Shown: positions 28,817-38,478 of the stretch, in pieces
Numbering within the stretch: position 1 is the stretch's first letter
How the letters are laid out: the number at the start of each line of letters is the position of its first letter
NCBI GenBank assembly: GCA_013816895.1
Contig: JACDDR010000001.1
Span: 17,117 to 81,116, forward strand
DNA length: 64,000 bases
Direction: 5' to 3'
Source: Bacteroidota bacterium
GTDB lineage: Bacteria > Bacteroidota > Bacteroidia > B-17B0 > Aurantibacillaceae
Position numbers and translations under genes: made by a program
The notes under the pieces: model-generated
The model's input: the letters and a program-made list of their open reading frames with translations, nothing else
The model's database searches: none
What the model was told of the DNA's origin: nothing

Positions 28817-30865
28817 TTGAAGACATTTCTCCCGATACTTTTTATCCTAGCCTGGAAACTCATTGCTTCTCAATCTCAAATTGATACAGTTGCGTTTAAC
28901 CGAACCGTAAAAGTGATAGATCATCTTCTTGAAACCAAAGTAGATTCTTCCTATCCCTTCATAAAACAGAATCTTAATTTTTCCTTAAAACAAAAATATG
29001 CTTTTGGGTATGCAAAATCTACCCTTCAGCTGGAACGGTATTTTACCCTGAAGGGAATGAACGATTCGGCATTGCGTATTGCGCCCGCTGCCATCAAGTA
29101 CGCACGAACGTGTAAAGACACTTCGCTGATCACAGCTTCGTATTTATTTTATGCACGCGTACTGGCCGACGCTTCGCAGTTTAGCAACGCGCTCCAACAA
29201 TGTTTGCTGGCTCAGCGTTTCGCAGATAATGCCAAAAATTATAAACTCGCCGTTAAAGTGTATCACGACCTTGGTTACGTTTACAGCAATATGAATCTTC
29301 ACCAGCAATCCATCAAATACTTTAAAAAAGGATTAGCTATAAGCATAACAAAAAACGACACATTTAATATCGCCAACATTTCGGCGAGAATAGGCGGTGA
29401 GTACAATTATTTAAGTCTGTATGACTCCGCTTTAATATATGGCCTCACAGGCCTGAAACTATTTAAGCTCTTGAAACATAAAAGAGGAATTGGCGCCACC
29501 CTGGTTAACCTGGCGGGCACTTACGGACAATCAGGCCAGATAGACCGATCGATTGAAACCATTAAAGAGGCTATTATCATTCGCACTGAGCTTGGCGATA
29601 ACTATGCGCTGACCATTTTAGAAAATAATCTCACTGAGAATTATCTTGAAAAAAAAGAATATGCACTGGCATTAAAATGTGCGAAAGAAGCTGAAGAGCT
29701 TTGCATAAAACAAAACGAAAAAGATCTCATTAACCAGAATTATGTACTGCAGGCAAGTATTTACAAGCACTTGAAAAATTTTGAAATGGCGTATCTGTAT
29801 GCCAACAGGAGCTTGATCCTCAAAGATTCTATTTACCAAAACACGAATTTAAGAGCCATTAACGAACTTCAAACCAAATACGAAAGCGATAAAAAAGAAA
29901 AAGAAATTTCGCTGTTGCAACTCGAGAAAAAAAGCATTGACGAAAAAACACAGGCTGAACGCAAGCGCAGAAATCTCCTTCTGTTCTCTGTAAGTGTTAT
30001 CACTCTTCTTATCGCAATTTTCGCCTTTATTCTTTTCAGAAAGTTCAGAGAATCTGACCGGCAAAAATTAACCATCAGCAATCAAAAACAGCTGGTGGAT
30101 GAAAAAAACAAAGAGATCATAGATAGTATTAACTACGCTCTGACCATTCAAAAGGCTGTCATTCCGTCCGTTAATGATATTAAAAAAGACGTGAAAGACG
30201 CTCTTGTATTTTTTAAACCAAAAGACATTGTGAGTGGGGATTTTTACTGGCACACCCGGGTAAAAGATTTTTTATATTATATCGTGGCCGATTGCACAGG
30301 TCACGGGGTGCCGGGCGCTTTTATGAGCTTAATGGGAATTTCTTATCTGGGAGAAATTATTAACGAAAAGAACATTCTGAACACTCAGGAAATCCTGGAA
30401 GTTCTGCGGGAGAAAGTAATTAATAACCTGAACAAATCATCGCAAACAAAAGATAAACGCGACGGCATGGACATGGTGATCATGCGTATTGATCTTAAAA
30501 CGTTAACGCTTCAGTTTTCAGGAGCCAACAACAGCATTTATATTCTGCACAACGAAGTTTTAAAAGAATTAAAAGGAAACAATATGCCCGTGGGTTTATA
30601 TACCGAAAAACTCTTACCCTTTACTGTTACTGAAGTGCAATTGTTTGAAGGCGACAAACTCTTTGCTTTTACCGACGGCTTACCTGACCAATTTGGCGGA
30701 CCAAAAGGAAAGAAATTCATGTATAAACAAATGGAAGCGATCCTGAGTGATAACAGTAACGGAAGTATGCAATTGCTTCATTCGAAAATTCTGGAAAGGT
30801 TTGAACAATGGCAGGGCGCGAACGAACAGGTGGATGATATAACAGTGCTAGGAATAAAAGTATGA
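28817..30865 (+). CDS. Membrane sensor phosphatase: signal peptide, extracytoplasmic TPR array, TM helix, coiled coil, SpoIIE/PP2C domain
   Basis: 40-aa TPR repeats; TM LLLFSVSVITLLIAIFAFILF; PP2C motifs IVSGDFYW, VADCTGHGVPGAFMS, DGMD, FTDGLPDQFGG, VDDITV; TTG start. Confidence 0.9.
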   Translation: MKTFLPILFILAWKLIASQSQIDTVAFNRTVKVIDHLLETKVDSSYPFIKQNLNFSLKQKYAFGYAKSTLQLERYFTLKGMNDSALRIAPAAIKYARTCKDTSLITASYLFYARVLADASQFSNALQQCLLAQRFADNAKNYKLAVKVYHDLGYVYSNMNLHQQSIKYFKKGLAISITKNDTFNIANISARIGGEYNYLSLYDSALIYGLTGLKLFKLLKHKRGIGATLVNLAGTYGQSGQIDRSIETIKEAIIIRTELGDNYALTILENNLTENYLEKKEYALALKCAKEAEELCIKQNEKDLINQNYVLQASIYKHLKNFEMAYLYANRSLILKDSIYQNTNLRAINELQTKYESDKKEKEISLLQLEKKSIDEKTQAERKRRNLLLFSVSVITLLIAIFAFILFRKFRESDRQKLTISNQKQLVDEKNKEIIDSINYALTIQKAVIPSVNDIKKDVKDALVFFKPKDIVSGDFYWHTRVKDFLYYIVADCTGHGVPGAFMSLMGISYLGEIINEKNILNTQEILEVLREKVINNLNKSSQTKDKRDGMDMVIMRIDLKTLTLQFSGANNSIYILHNEVLKELKGNNMPVGLYTEKLLPFTVTEVQLFEGDKLFAFTDGLPDQFGGPKGKKFMYKQMEAILSDNSNGSMQLLHSKILERFEQWQGANEQVDDITVLGIKV

Positions 30866-31353
30866 TCAAAAAGAAGGAGGATATAATGAAGCTTCTCGCA
30901 ACCATTCCGGATCCTGAAATTCCGGTGATCTCCATCGTTGAGCTGGGGGTGATAAGAGATATTCTTTTTATAGAAGCAAAAAGCGTGGAAATAAAAATGA
31001 CGCCTACCTACAGCGGATGCCCTGCTATGAAGCAGATGGAAGATGATGTGCGGAAGAAACTCGAAGAAAACGGGTTTGAAAATATAAAGATTACAACCGT
31101 GTTTAATCCGCCCTGGACGACCGACTGGCTGAACACCGAGGCAAAGCAAAAGCTGCGAGACTATGGCATTGCCCCACCTGAAGAAAGCACAACGGATAAA
31201 TCTTTTTTAACCGGCAAGCATAAAGCGGTAACCTGCCCGAGATGCAAAAGCAAGAATACCGTAATGATATCGCAGTTCGGCAGCACTGCCTGCAAGGCTT
31301 TGTACCAATGCAAAGATTGCCTGGAAGCATTTGATTATTTTAAGTGTATTTAA
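30862..31353 (+). CDS. paaD: Phenylacetyl-CoA epoxidase maturation subunit D (Fe-S assembly/DUF59 domain)
   Basis: IPDPEIPVISIVELGVIR, MTPTYSGCPAM, PPWTTDW, LRDYGIAPP, CPRCKS, SQFGSTACKALYQC..CLEAFDYFK. Confidence 0.96.
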   Translation: MIKKKEDIMKLLATIPDPEIPVISIVELGVIRDILFIEAKSVEIKMTPTYSGCPAMKQMEDDVRKKLEENGFENIKITTVFNPPWTTDWLNTEAKQKLRDYGIAPPEESTTDKSFLTGKHKAVTCPRCKSKNTVMISQFGSTACKALYQCKDCLEAFDYFKCI

Positions 31354-31375
31354 TACTTATATATTTTAATTCCTT

Positions 31376-34300
31376 ATGACAAAACAGATCTTTTATTTTT
31401 TCGCATTCAGCGCGTACTTTTCAATTAGCGAAAATATTATTCTTGACTCATTAAATGAAGTTGTAAAAATTAAGAAAGAAGATACTACAAAGGTAATTTC
31501 ACTTACTTCACTTAATAAACGCGCCTATCAATCGGGCTTAAAAGACACCTGTTTATATTTTGCCAGAATTGCGGGGACTTTATCTGAAAAATTGGGTTAT
31601 AAAAACGGAGAAGCTGAAGCCTTATTTTTTCTAGGAATCTATTATTACGATTCAAAAAAATACCAGGAAGCATTAAAGAATTTTACTTTGTCTTACGATA
31701 TAAGAATTTTAAGGAATGACCGGAGAAACGCTGCTTTGACTCTTCGGCAAATTGCCAAAATTTACGAAGAGCAACGAAATCACTCAGAAAGCTTAAAAGC
31801 TTATTTGAATACTGTCGCTCTCTTTGAAAGCATCCAGGACAGAAAAGGTATGGCTGCAACATACTTGTCAATAAGCGACTTTTATCTAAACCAGAATATC
31901 CAGGATGAGGCACTATTAAACGGTCAAAAGGCTTACGATATTTACAATGAAACAGAAGATAAAACAGGCTTGGCCAAGGCGCTTCAAAAAATTGGCTATA
32001 TCTATATTACAAAAGACAATTACAAAGAAGCATTAAATTGCTTTTCCCAGGCGCTAAAAATTTTTTCTGACAACAATAATAAAAAAGGAATGTCTTTATG
32101 TTATAACCGTATTGGACAGATCTACAAAAACTTGGGAGATTTTGAATTAGCATTAAAAAATTACTCTGCCGCCTTAGAAATAGATACTAGTTTAAATAAC
32201 AAACAAGGGATGGCAAGTTGTGTTTCCAATATTGGAATTATCAATCGTAAACTGGGAAATTATTCCAAAGCACTCAAACAACAGTTTATTTCATTAAAAC
32301 TATCCGGCGAGCTAAATAGTAAACAAGGAACAGCCGCCGCATATAATAGTATTGGAGTTATTTATCTGGATCAATATAATTACAAAGAAGCCCGAAAATA
32401 TTTGCTGCTTTCATTAAAAGTTGCTGAGGACTTAGAAGATGCGCAAGGTGTTGCCGGAGCTTATAATAATATAGGCAACATTTACAACTTTGAAAACAAT
32501 TACCAGGAGGCTTTAAAAAACTATTCACTTGCACTTAATATTAATCAGTCAGCAGGCAACAAAAACTGGGAAGCTAATAATTATCTTAACATTGGTGATA
32601 TATATTCTAATACGGGTAATTATTCCGGCGCCCTGGAAAACTTATATAAATCCTTAGCCATAAAACAAGAAATTGGCGATAAGTCTGGCGTAACAACCGC
32701 CTATGCCGCCATTGGTTCGGTTGAATTAATCATGGGTAATATTTCTGAAGCGAAAAAAAACGGTCAGCTATCCTATAAAATTGCCGAAGAAATAGGAGAA
32801 CAATACGATTTAAAAAACGCGAGTTACCTTCTAAGTAATATTTATAAACAGGAGGGTGACTATCCGAATGCAAAAAAACATCTTTTAAAAATTCTGGAAA
32901 TCAATAACAAGGGAATATTATCAAATTTCCCGATCCTTTCAGAAAGCGAACAGGAGCTTTATTTTAATAGTGTCTCAAAAGATTACGATGCTTTCAATTC
33001 TTTTGTATTAACATCCCATGATAACATTTTGACTGAATTTACTTATAATAATGCTCTAACGAATAAGGGACTATTGTTACAGTCCTTTACCGCGTTACGA
33101 AAGTCAATTCTAAACAGTTCTGATACAGCTTTAATAAATCAATATAACAATTGGATTGTCCTTAAAAAACAAATTGCGAAATTGTATTCAGAAGGAAAAA
33201 ACGCGAAAGACCTCGAAGAAAAATCCAATGTGGCTGAAAAGGAACTCGCAAAGAACTCCCAATTATTCAGTCATTTTTACAAAGCCAGGAGTTTAACCTG
33301 GAAGGATATAAAAAAGAGCTTAAAAACAAAAGATGCGGCAATTGAGTTTATACATTTTCCAAAAACAAATACAAATGATTCGCTTAAAGATATTGTTTAT
33401 TGCGCCGTGATTGTAAAACCGGGTAGTAAGCACCCGGAAATGATCGAGCTGTTCAAAGCAAAAGAATTAGAGGAACTGCTTGGAAAATTTAATGAGAACA
33501 ACAGAGAGTATATAGAAACTGTCTACGGCACGAAAGATTCTCCTAATTTAAATTTATACAACCTCATCTGGAAACCAATGGAGAAAGCTCTGAGTGATGT
33601 AAGCACCATTTACATGTCGCCATCCGGTTTATTGCATAAGATCGCTTTTGCATCTTTAAATAAAGAACCCAATATATACTTATGTGATAATTACAAACTC
33701 AACATTCAAACGAGCACTGGAAAAGTAGCGCAACCTGAAAACTTCATTTTAAACGAAACCACAAAAGTTACATTATTTGGTGGTATTGATTACAGCTATG
33801 ATATGGCCTCAAATGACAGCAGCGCATACCTGGCATGGGATTATTTATTGGGCACAAAAACAGAAGCTGAAAAAATTGCAGGTATCCTGAACAAAAGCAA
33901 TATTCCTGTTCACATATTTGAAGCTAAAACAGCTACTGAAAACGAATTTAAAACCAACGCATCTAATTCAACCATTCTGCATATTGCGACTCATGGATTC
34001 TTTTTTCCTGATCCCGAAGAAACCGAAAACGTCACTGCTGCATTAGAAACCAAGGATACTAAGGAAAAAGCCAAGAGAACAGAAAACGGATTTGGTTACT
34101 GGAGTTTTATAAAGGCCAAGAATCCCTTAATGCGATCTGGATTAGTTTTTGCCGGCGCAAACGCGGTTTGGAAACAGGCCGAACAAACTGGTAGTGAGGA
34201 CGGGGTGCTTACCGCGCAGGAAGTAGCGAACATCGACCTTCAAAACACAGATCTTGTTGTACTATCGGCCTGTGAAACTGGACTGGGAGATATTAAAGGC

Positions 34301-34528
34301 AGCGAGGGAGTCTATGGCTTACAGCGGTCTTTTAAGATGGCCGGCGCTAAATTTTTAATTATGAGTTTGTGGCAGGTGCCCGATGCGGAAACAGAAGAGT
34401 TTATGGTAAATTTTTATAAAAATCTTATTACAACAAAAAATATAAAAACAGCTTTTACACAAACTCAAACCTTGATGCGTAAAAAATTTGATCCGTTTTT
34501 CTGGGCTCCGTTTGTTTTATTGGAATAA
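31376..34528 (+). CDS. TPR-array plus CHAT (caspase-like) protease
   Basis: About 11 TPR repeats of 40 aa; CHAT motifs IYMSPSGLLHKIAF, ILHIATHGFF (His), VVLSACETG (Cys), EGVYGLQRSF..AGA, MSLWQVPD, FFWAPFVL. Confidence 0.92.
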   Translation: MTKQIFYFFAFSAYFSISENIILDSLNEVVKIKKEDTTKVISLTSLNKRAYQSGLKDTCLYFARIAGTLSEKLGYKNGEAEALFFLGIYYYDSKKYQEALKNFTLSYDIRILRNDRRNAALTLRQIAKIYEEQRNHSESLKAYLNTVALFESIQDRKGMAATYLSISDFYLNQNIQDEALLNGQKAYDIYNETEDKTGLAKALQKIGYIYITKDNYKEALNCFSQALKIFSDNNNKKGMSLCYNRIGQIYKNLGDFELALKNYSAALEIDTSLNNKQGMASCVSNIGIINRKLGNYSKALKQQFISLKLSGELNSKQGTAAAYNSIGVIYLDQYNYKEARKYLLLSLKVAEDLEDAQGVAGAYNNIGNIYNFENNYQEALKNYSLALNINQSAGNKNWEANNYLNIGDIYSNTGNYSGALENLYKSLAIKQEIGDKSGVTTAYAAIGSVELIMGNISEAKKNGQLSYKIAEEIGEQYDLKNASYLLSNIYKQEGDYPNAKKHLLKILEINNKGILSNFPILSESEQELYFNSVSKDYDAFNSFVLTSHDNILTEFTYNNALTNKGLLLQSFTALRKSILNSSDTALINQYNNWIVLKKQIAKLYSEGKNAKDLEEKSNVAEKELAKNSQLFSHFYKARSLTWKDIKKSLKTKDAAIEFIHFPKTNTNDSLKDIVYCAVIVKPGSKHPEMIELFKAKELEELLGKFNENNREYIETVYGTKDSPNLNLYNLIWKPMEKALSDVSTIYMSPSGLLHKIAFASLNKEPNIYLCDNYKLNIQTSTGKVAQPENFILNETTKVTLFGGIDYSYDMASNDSSAYLAWDYLLGTKTEAEKIAGILNKSNIPVHIFEAKTATENEFKTNASNSTILHIATHGFFFPDPEETENVTAALETKDTKEKAKRTENGFGYWSFIKAKNPLMRSGLVFAGANAVWKQAEQTGSEDGVLTAQEVANIDLQNTDLVVLSACETGLGDIKGSEGVYGLQRSFKMAGAKFLIMSLWQVPDAETEEFMVNFYKNLITTKNIKTAFTQTQTLMRKKFDPFFWAPFVLLE

Positions 34529-34544
34529 ATCTTACAACAAACGT

Positions 34545-35102
34545 TTAAACCGCCCTACTCGGATTATCCGTCAGAAAAGCTTTCCAGCCTGTATAGGATT
34601 TTCCGCCAGGTGATACCACGCGGTTCTGATAGTAATGACACAAGGCGGCGCCTAAGGCATCAGTTGCATCCAGGTACTTTTGTTCCTTCTCGATTCCGAG
34701 TATTTGTTGCAGCATGGCTGAGACTTGTTCCTTACTGGCGTTACCATTCCCGGTAATACTCATTTTTATTTTTTTTGGAGAATATTCCGTGATCGGAATA
34801 TTTTTGCTTAGCGCCGCCGCAATGGCCACGCCCTGCGCTCTGCCGAGCTTTAACATTGACTGTACATTCTTCCCGAAAAAGGGCGCTTCAATAGCAAGTT
34901 CATCCGGCTTATACTCTTCAATTATTCCAACTGTGCGTTCAAATATTTTTTTTAAACGCATCGCATGATCCTCCAGCTTGTCAAGTTTAATAACACCAAT
35001 CCCTATTGGCTTCAGCACATTGTTCTGCACATGGATAATACCGTAGCCCATCACAATTGTGCCGGGGTCGATACCTAAAATTATCCTGTCGTTTTGTGCC
35101 AT
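34545..35102 (-). CDS. ruvC: Crossover junction endodeoxyribonuclease RuvC
   Basis: ILGIDPG, AIEAPFFGKNVQSMLKLGRAQG, GNGNASKEQV, LDATDALGAALCH; start at MAQND (35102). Confidence 0.97.
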   Translation of the reverse strand: MAQNDRIILGIDPGTIVMGYGIIHVQNNVLKPIGIGVIKLDKLEDHAMRLKKIFERTVGIIEEYKPDELAIEAPFFGKNVQSMLKLGRAQGVAIAAALSKNIPITEYSPKKIKMSITGNGNASKEQVSAMLQQILGIEKEQKYLDATDALGAALCHYYQNRVVSPGGKSYTGWKAFLTDNPSRAV

Positions 35103-35110
35103 TTTAGCTG

Positions 35111-35118
35111 TAAATTTA
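35111..35118. promoter_or_regulatory. Palindromic TAAATTTA, candidate shared -7 element for divergent ruvC and the gene at 35126
   Basis: Self-complementary 8-mer in a 23-nt intergenic gap; 7/8 match to TAnnTTTG on both strands. Confidence 0.45.
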
Positions 35119-35125
35119 GGCACAA

Positions 35126-36100
35126 TTGATCAGGCATAAAAAAATACTTTCAATTGTTTTAAAGATCGCGATAGGACTGGCGAGCTTTCTCATCGTTTAC
35201 TTCCGCTTAAAAGGAGATCTCACCAGCGATAATTTACAGTTGCTTTACAACTCCGTTTTTTCGTTTCAGGGAGCAATCATTTTATTCATCTGCCTTCTTC
35301 TTATACCGGTTAACTGGGGACTTGAGACCTACAAATGGCAGCTGGTTACAGCGCCTGTAGAAAAAGTAAGTTTCAAAAAAGCCACACAATCCGTTTACAG
35401 CGGCATTTGTCTTGGTAATCTCGCGCCCGGAAGAGCTACCGAATTTATTGCGAAGATCATTTTCTTTAAACCCGAAAACAGGCCACAGATAACCGTTCTC
35501 CATTTTATCAATGGCATGTTTCAGTTGTGTGTTACTTATCTTATTGGTTTTATTGCGCTCGCGTACAAAGTAAACAGCTTTGGCGACAATTACCTGTGGA
35601 TCGCCTATACCGCCATTTCCACAGCCGTTCTTGTCATCCTGGTATTTATAATCAGTCTCGTTAAAATAGACGCTGTTTTGAACTTTATAACACGGCGCAT
35701 CTCTAAAAAACAAAACACCGAAACAAGGCACGAGTATAAATTTACGCGCGTTCAACTCTTAAAGCTCTTCGGATTATCATTACTTCGTTACTTTGTTTTT
35801 TATTTTCAGATGGTAATTATCATGAAACTTTTTGCGGGTAATTTTAATGCCGACATTGCTCTTGGTATCGCCTTATACTTTTTAATTACCACCACCATTC
35901 CTATGATCAGCTTCCTGGAAGCCGCAATCAGAGCTGCGGTAGCAATTGTGGTGTTTAAAGGAACAGGGCTTTCCAACGCCGGACTAGCACTCTCGTCTGT
36001 AGCCGTTTGGCTTATCAACATTATTATTCCAAGCATCGCGGGTTACTTTATCCTCATCCGTCAAAATTTCGATTTTAAATTCTATGCCTCAAAAAAATGA
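35126..36100 (+). CDS. Lysylphosphatidylglycerol synthase TM (flippase-like) domain membrane protein
   Basis: Multi-TM; NWGLETYKWQ, PGRATEFIAK motif; typical neighbour of ruvC and a GT2 in Bacteroidetes. Confidence 0.8.
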   Translation: MIRHKKILSIVLKIAIGLASFLIVYFRLKGDLTSDNLQLLYNSVFSFQGAIILFICLLLIPVNWGLETYKWQLVTAPVEKVSFKKATQSVYSGICLGNLAPGRATEFIAKIIFFKPENRPQITVLHFINGMFQLCVTYLIGFIALAYKVNSFGDNYLWIAYTAISTAVLVILVFIISLVKIDAVLNFITRRISKKQNTETRHEYKFTRVQLLKLFGLSLLRYFVFYFQMVIIMKLFAGNFNADIALGIALYFLITTTIPMISFLEAAIRAAVAIVVFKGTGLSNAGLALSSVAVWLINIIIPSIAGYFILIRQNFDFKFYASKK

Positions 36101-37212
36101 CAGTTGTTTTTTACATACTGCTCATTGTTCTTAGCGCATACGCCTCCGTTGTTTTTTGGCTTGCGTTCGGCTACCTGCGCGTAAAAACATCCGGCACACA
36201 CGAAGAACTTGAAAGTTGTTTGTCTGTTACCATCATCATCTGTGCACGAAACGAAGAAAAAAAAATCGGGCGTTGTCTTAAAACCATTGTTCAGCAGGAC
36301 TATGACCTGTCAAGGATCCAGCTTATCCTGGTAAACGATGCCAGCAGTGACTCCACTGTTTTTCAGGCACAGTCCGCTCTCAAAGATTCAGGGATCAACT
36401 ATAAAATAATCACTAACGCTTCGCGGAAGGGGAAAAAGCAGAGCATTACTTACGCCCTGCAGTTTGCCGAACACGAACTTATCATAACCCGTGACGCGGA
36501 CACCTTTACAAAATCTTATAACTGGCTTAAAAGCATCTCTGATTTTCAGCGTGAAACTTCTTCCGACCTCATAATAGGCCCGGTAAACATCTCCGATAAT
36601 TACGGGATGCTATGGGCCTTACAGGCTATTGAAAACAAAGTGCTGAACGTTTTAAACGCCGGCAGCAGCTTCTATAAAAAACCGTTTCTCTGCAGCGGAG
36701 CTAATCTGCTCTTCACAAAAACTATTTTCGAAAAAACAAATGGCTATCATTCGCATCTGACAATTGACTCGGGCGACGATATTCTTTTTTTAGAAGACGT
36801 AAAAAAAATCAAAGACGCGAGGATAAATTACCTGAAAAGCGAAGAAGCGATAGTGAGTACTTATCCCTGTTTTTCATTTAGTGAACTTATTCATCAAAAA
36901 GTACGATGGGCATCCAAGGTGAAGGTAAACTCCAATAAGCTCAATCTATCACTCGCTTTACTCAGTTTTATAGTGAACTGCGGATGGCTTTTTTGTCTCT
37001 TTAACGGTTTTTTAGTGCCTCAAAAGTGGTCGTTAAGCTTAATTTTTGTTCTTTTAAAGTTGCTAATTGACATTTTGTTATTATTTTTAGCTTCACGTTT
37101 TTTAAAGAATAGGGCTTTGGCCTGGTATGTTTTGCCTGTAGGGTGTATTTACCCTATCTACGCGGTACTGGTGGCTATTGCCTCGCTTTTTTTAAAACCT
37201 AAATGGAAGTAA
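36097..37212 (+). CDS. Family 2 glycosyltransferase with N- and C-terminal TM helices
   Basis: IIICARNEE, VNDASSD, GKKQSI, TRDAD, SGANL, SGDDILFL, QKVRWASK. Confidence 0.9.
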   Translation: MTVVFYILLIVLSAYASVVFWLAFGYLRVKTSGTHEELESCLSVTIIICARNEEKKIGRCLKTIVQQDYDLSRIQLILVNDASSDSTVFQAQSALKDSGINYKIITNASRKGKKQSITYALQFAEHELIITRDADTFTKSYNWLKSISDFQRETSSDLIIGPVNISDNYGMLWALQAIENKVLNVLNAGSSFYKKPFLCSGANLLFTKTIFEKTNGYHSHLTIDSGDDILFLEDVKKIKDARINYLKSEEAIVSTYPCFSFSELIHQKVRWASKVKVNSNKLNLSLALLSFIVNCGWLFCLFNGFLVPQKWSLSLIFVLLKLLIDILLLFLASRFLKNRALAWYVLPVGCIYPIYAVLVAIASLFLKPKWK

Positions 37213-37218
37213 CTTTTT

Positions 37219-38478
37219 GTGTTTTTCAGAAGAAAACCTATAGATTTTGAATCTGAGTCGTTAAGTGCTCAAACCTGGCGACGATTTAAGCGTAACAAGC
37301 TTTCGATGCTGGGCCTTATTGTGATCATTATTTCCTGTATAATTTCCATTTTAGGTTATCTTATTACTCCCGATCGTACGCCTTACGCCAACGATCAGAA
37401 GCCAGAGCTTCATATTAAAGATCCAGGCTTTACCGCCCGCTTTTTATTGTCAAGGCGTAACGACCCGGTATCGGATCAAAGCATATTTAAAACCATGCTC
37501 ATCGGAAGGTTTGATCCTTACGACGCTTACACCCTGCACGTATATCTTTTCAAACAGCAATATGTACTCGTTGAAGAATACACCGGCAACAAAAACAACA
37601 AGGGCACCAAAACGCAGCTTAATATAGCCGATGTGGTTTACGCGGTAGATAGTAAATCACCCATACAATACGATTCAATAAAAAACACGCTTTCGTTTTA
37701 TGAAATTGGTAACAGCAACAAGATCACTAAAACGGTTGCTGAATTAAGAAAAACCCTGCAGCAAAACAACATTGTAACCAAACGTTATATCTTAGGCACC
37801 GATCTATTAGGCCGTGATCTTTTAAGCCGTTTATTGATTGGCACACGCATCAGTCTTAGCGTAGGTTTGGTTTCGGTGATCATCTCCATTTTCATTGGCA
37901 TCCTGCTTGGCGCTATTGCCGGGTATTACAGGGGCAGCACCGATTCGTTCATCATGTGGCTTATTAATGTTGTTTGGAGCATCCCTACTCTGCTGCTTGT
38001 TATTGCTATTACCCTTGTTCTTGGAAAAGGAATTATCCAGGTGTTTATTGCGGTGGGCTTAACCATGTGGGTTGACGTGGCCCGTATTGTGCGCGGACAG
38101 ATCCTGAGCATCCGGGAAAAAGAATTTGTGGAAGCCGGCCGTGCTTTAGGCTTCAGGAACATGCGTATTATTTTGCGCCATATTTTACCAAACGTTATGG
38201 GGCCCGTTGTAGTAATGGCCGCCAGTAATTTTGCAGCTGCTATCTTAACTGAGGCCGGACTAAGCTTTCTTGGCATAGGCGCGCAACCACCGGTGCCATC
38301 GTGGGGAGAAATGACCAACGCGCATCATGGTTATATTTTAATGGATAAAGCCTGGCTTGCGTTCATTCCCGGAATAGCCATTATGATTCTGGTGTTATCG
38401 TTTATGCTCGTAGGTAACGGTTTGCGGGATGCCTTAGATACCCGCTCGATGGATGATAAGCCTATTGCGGGAAGTTAA
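37219..38478 (+). CDS. ABC transporter permease (OppC/DppC family) with a large periplasmic insert
   Basis: WRRFKRNK, LGTDLLGRDLLSRL..GTRISL, EAA-loop REKEFVEAGRALG, ILPNV, EAGLSFLGIG, PSWG. Confidence 0.9.
   Translation: MFFRRKPIDFESESLSAQTWRRFKRNKLSMLGLIVIIISCIISILGYLITPDRTPYANDQKPELHIKDPGFTARFLLSRRNDPVSDQSIFKTMLIGRFDPYDAYTLHVYLFKQQYVLVEEYTGNKNNKGTKTQLNIADVVYAVDSKSPIQYDSIKNTLSFYEIGNSNKITKTVAELRKTLQQNNIVTKRYILGTDLLGRDLLSRLLIGTRISLSVGLVSVIISIFIGILLGAIAGYYRGSTDSFIMWLINVVWSIPTLLLVIAITLVLGKGIIQVFIAVGLTMWVDVARIVRGQILSIREKEFVEAGRALGFRNMRIILRHILPNVMGPVVVMAASNFAAAILTEAGLSFLGIGAQPPVPSWGEMTNAHHGYILMDKAWLAFIPGIAIMILVLSFMLVGNGLRDALDTRSMDDKPIAGS

Noticed and set aside
31376-34528. TPR-CHAT as part of a type III-E CRISPR (Craspase) locus
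   Set aside because: No Cas7-11, Csx30/Csx31, sigma factor or array nearby; the TPR array is the 40-aa sensor type
35282-35755. 157-aa minus-strand ORF
   Set aside because: Antisense shadow of the flippase-like gene
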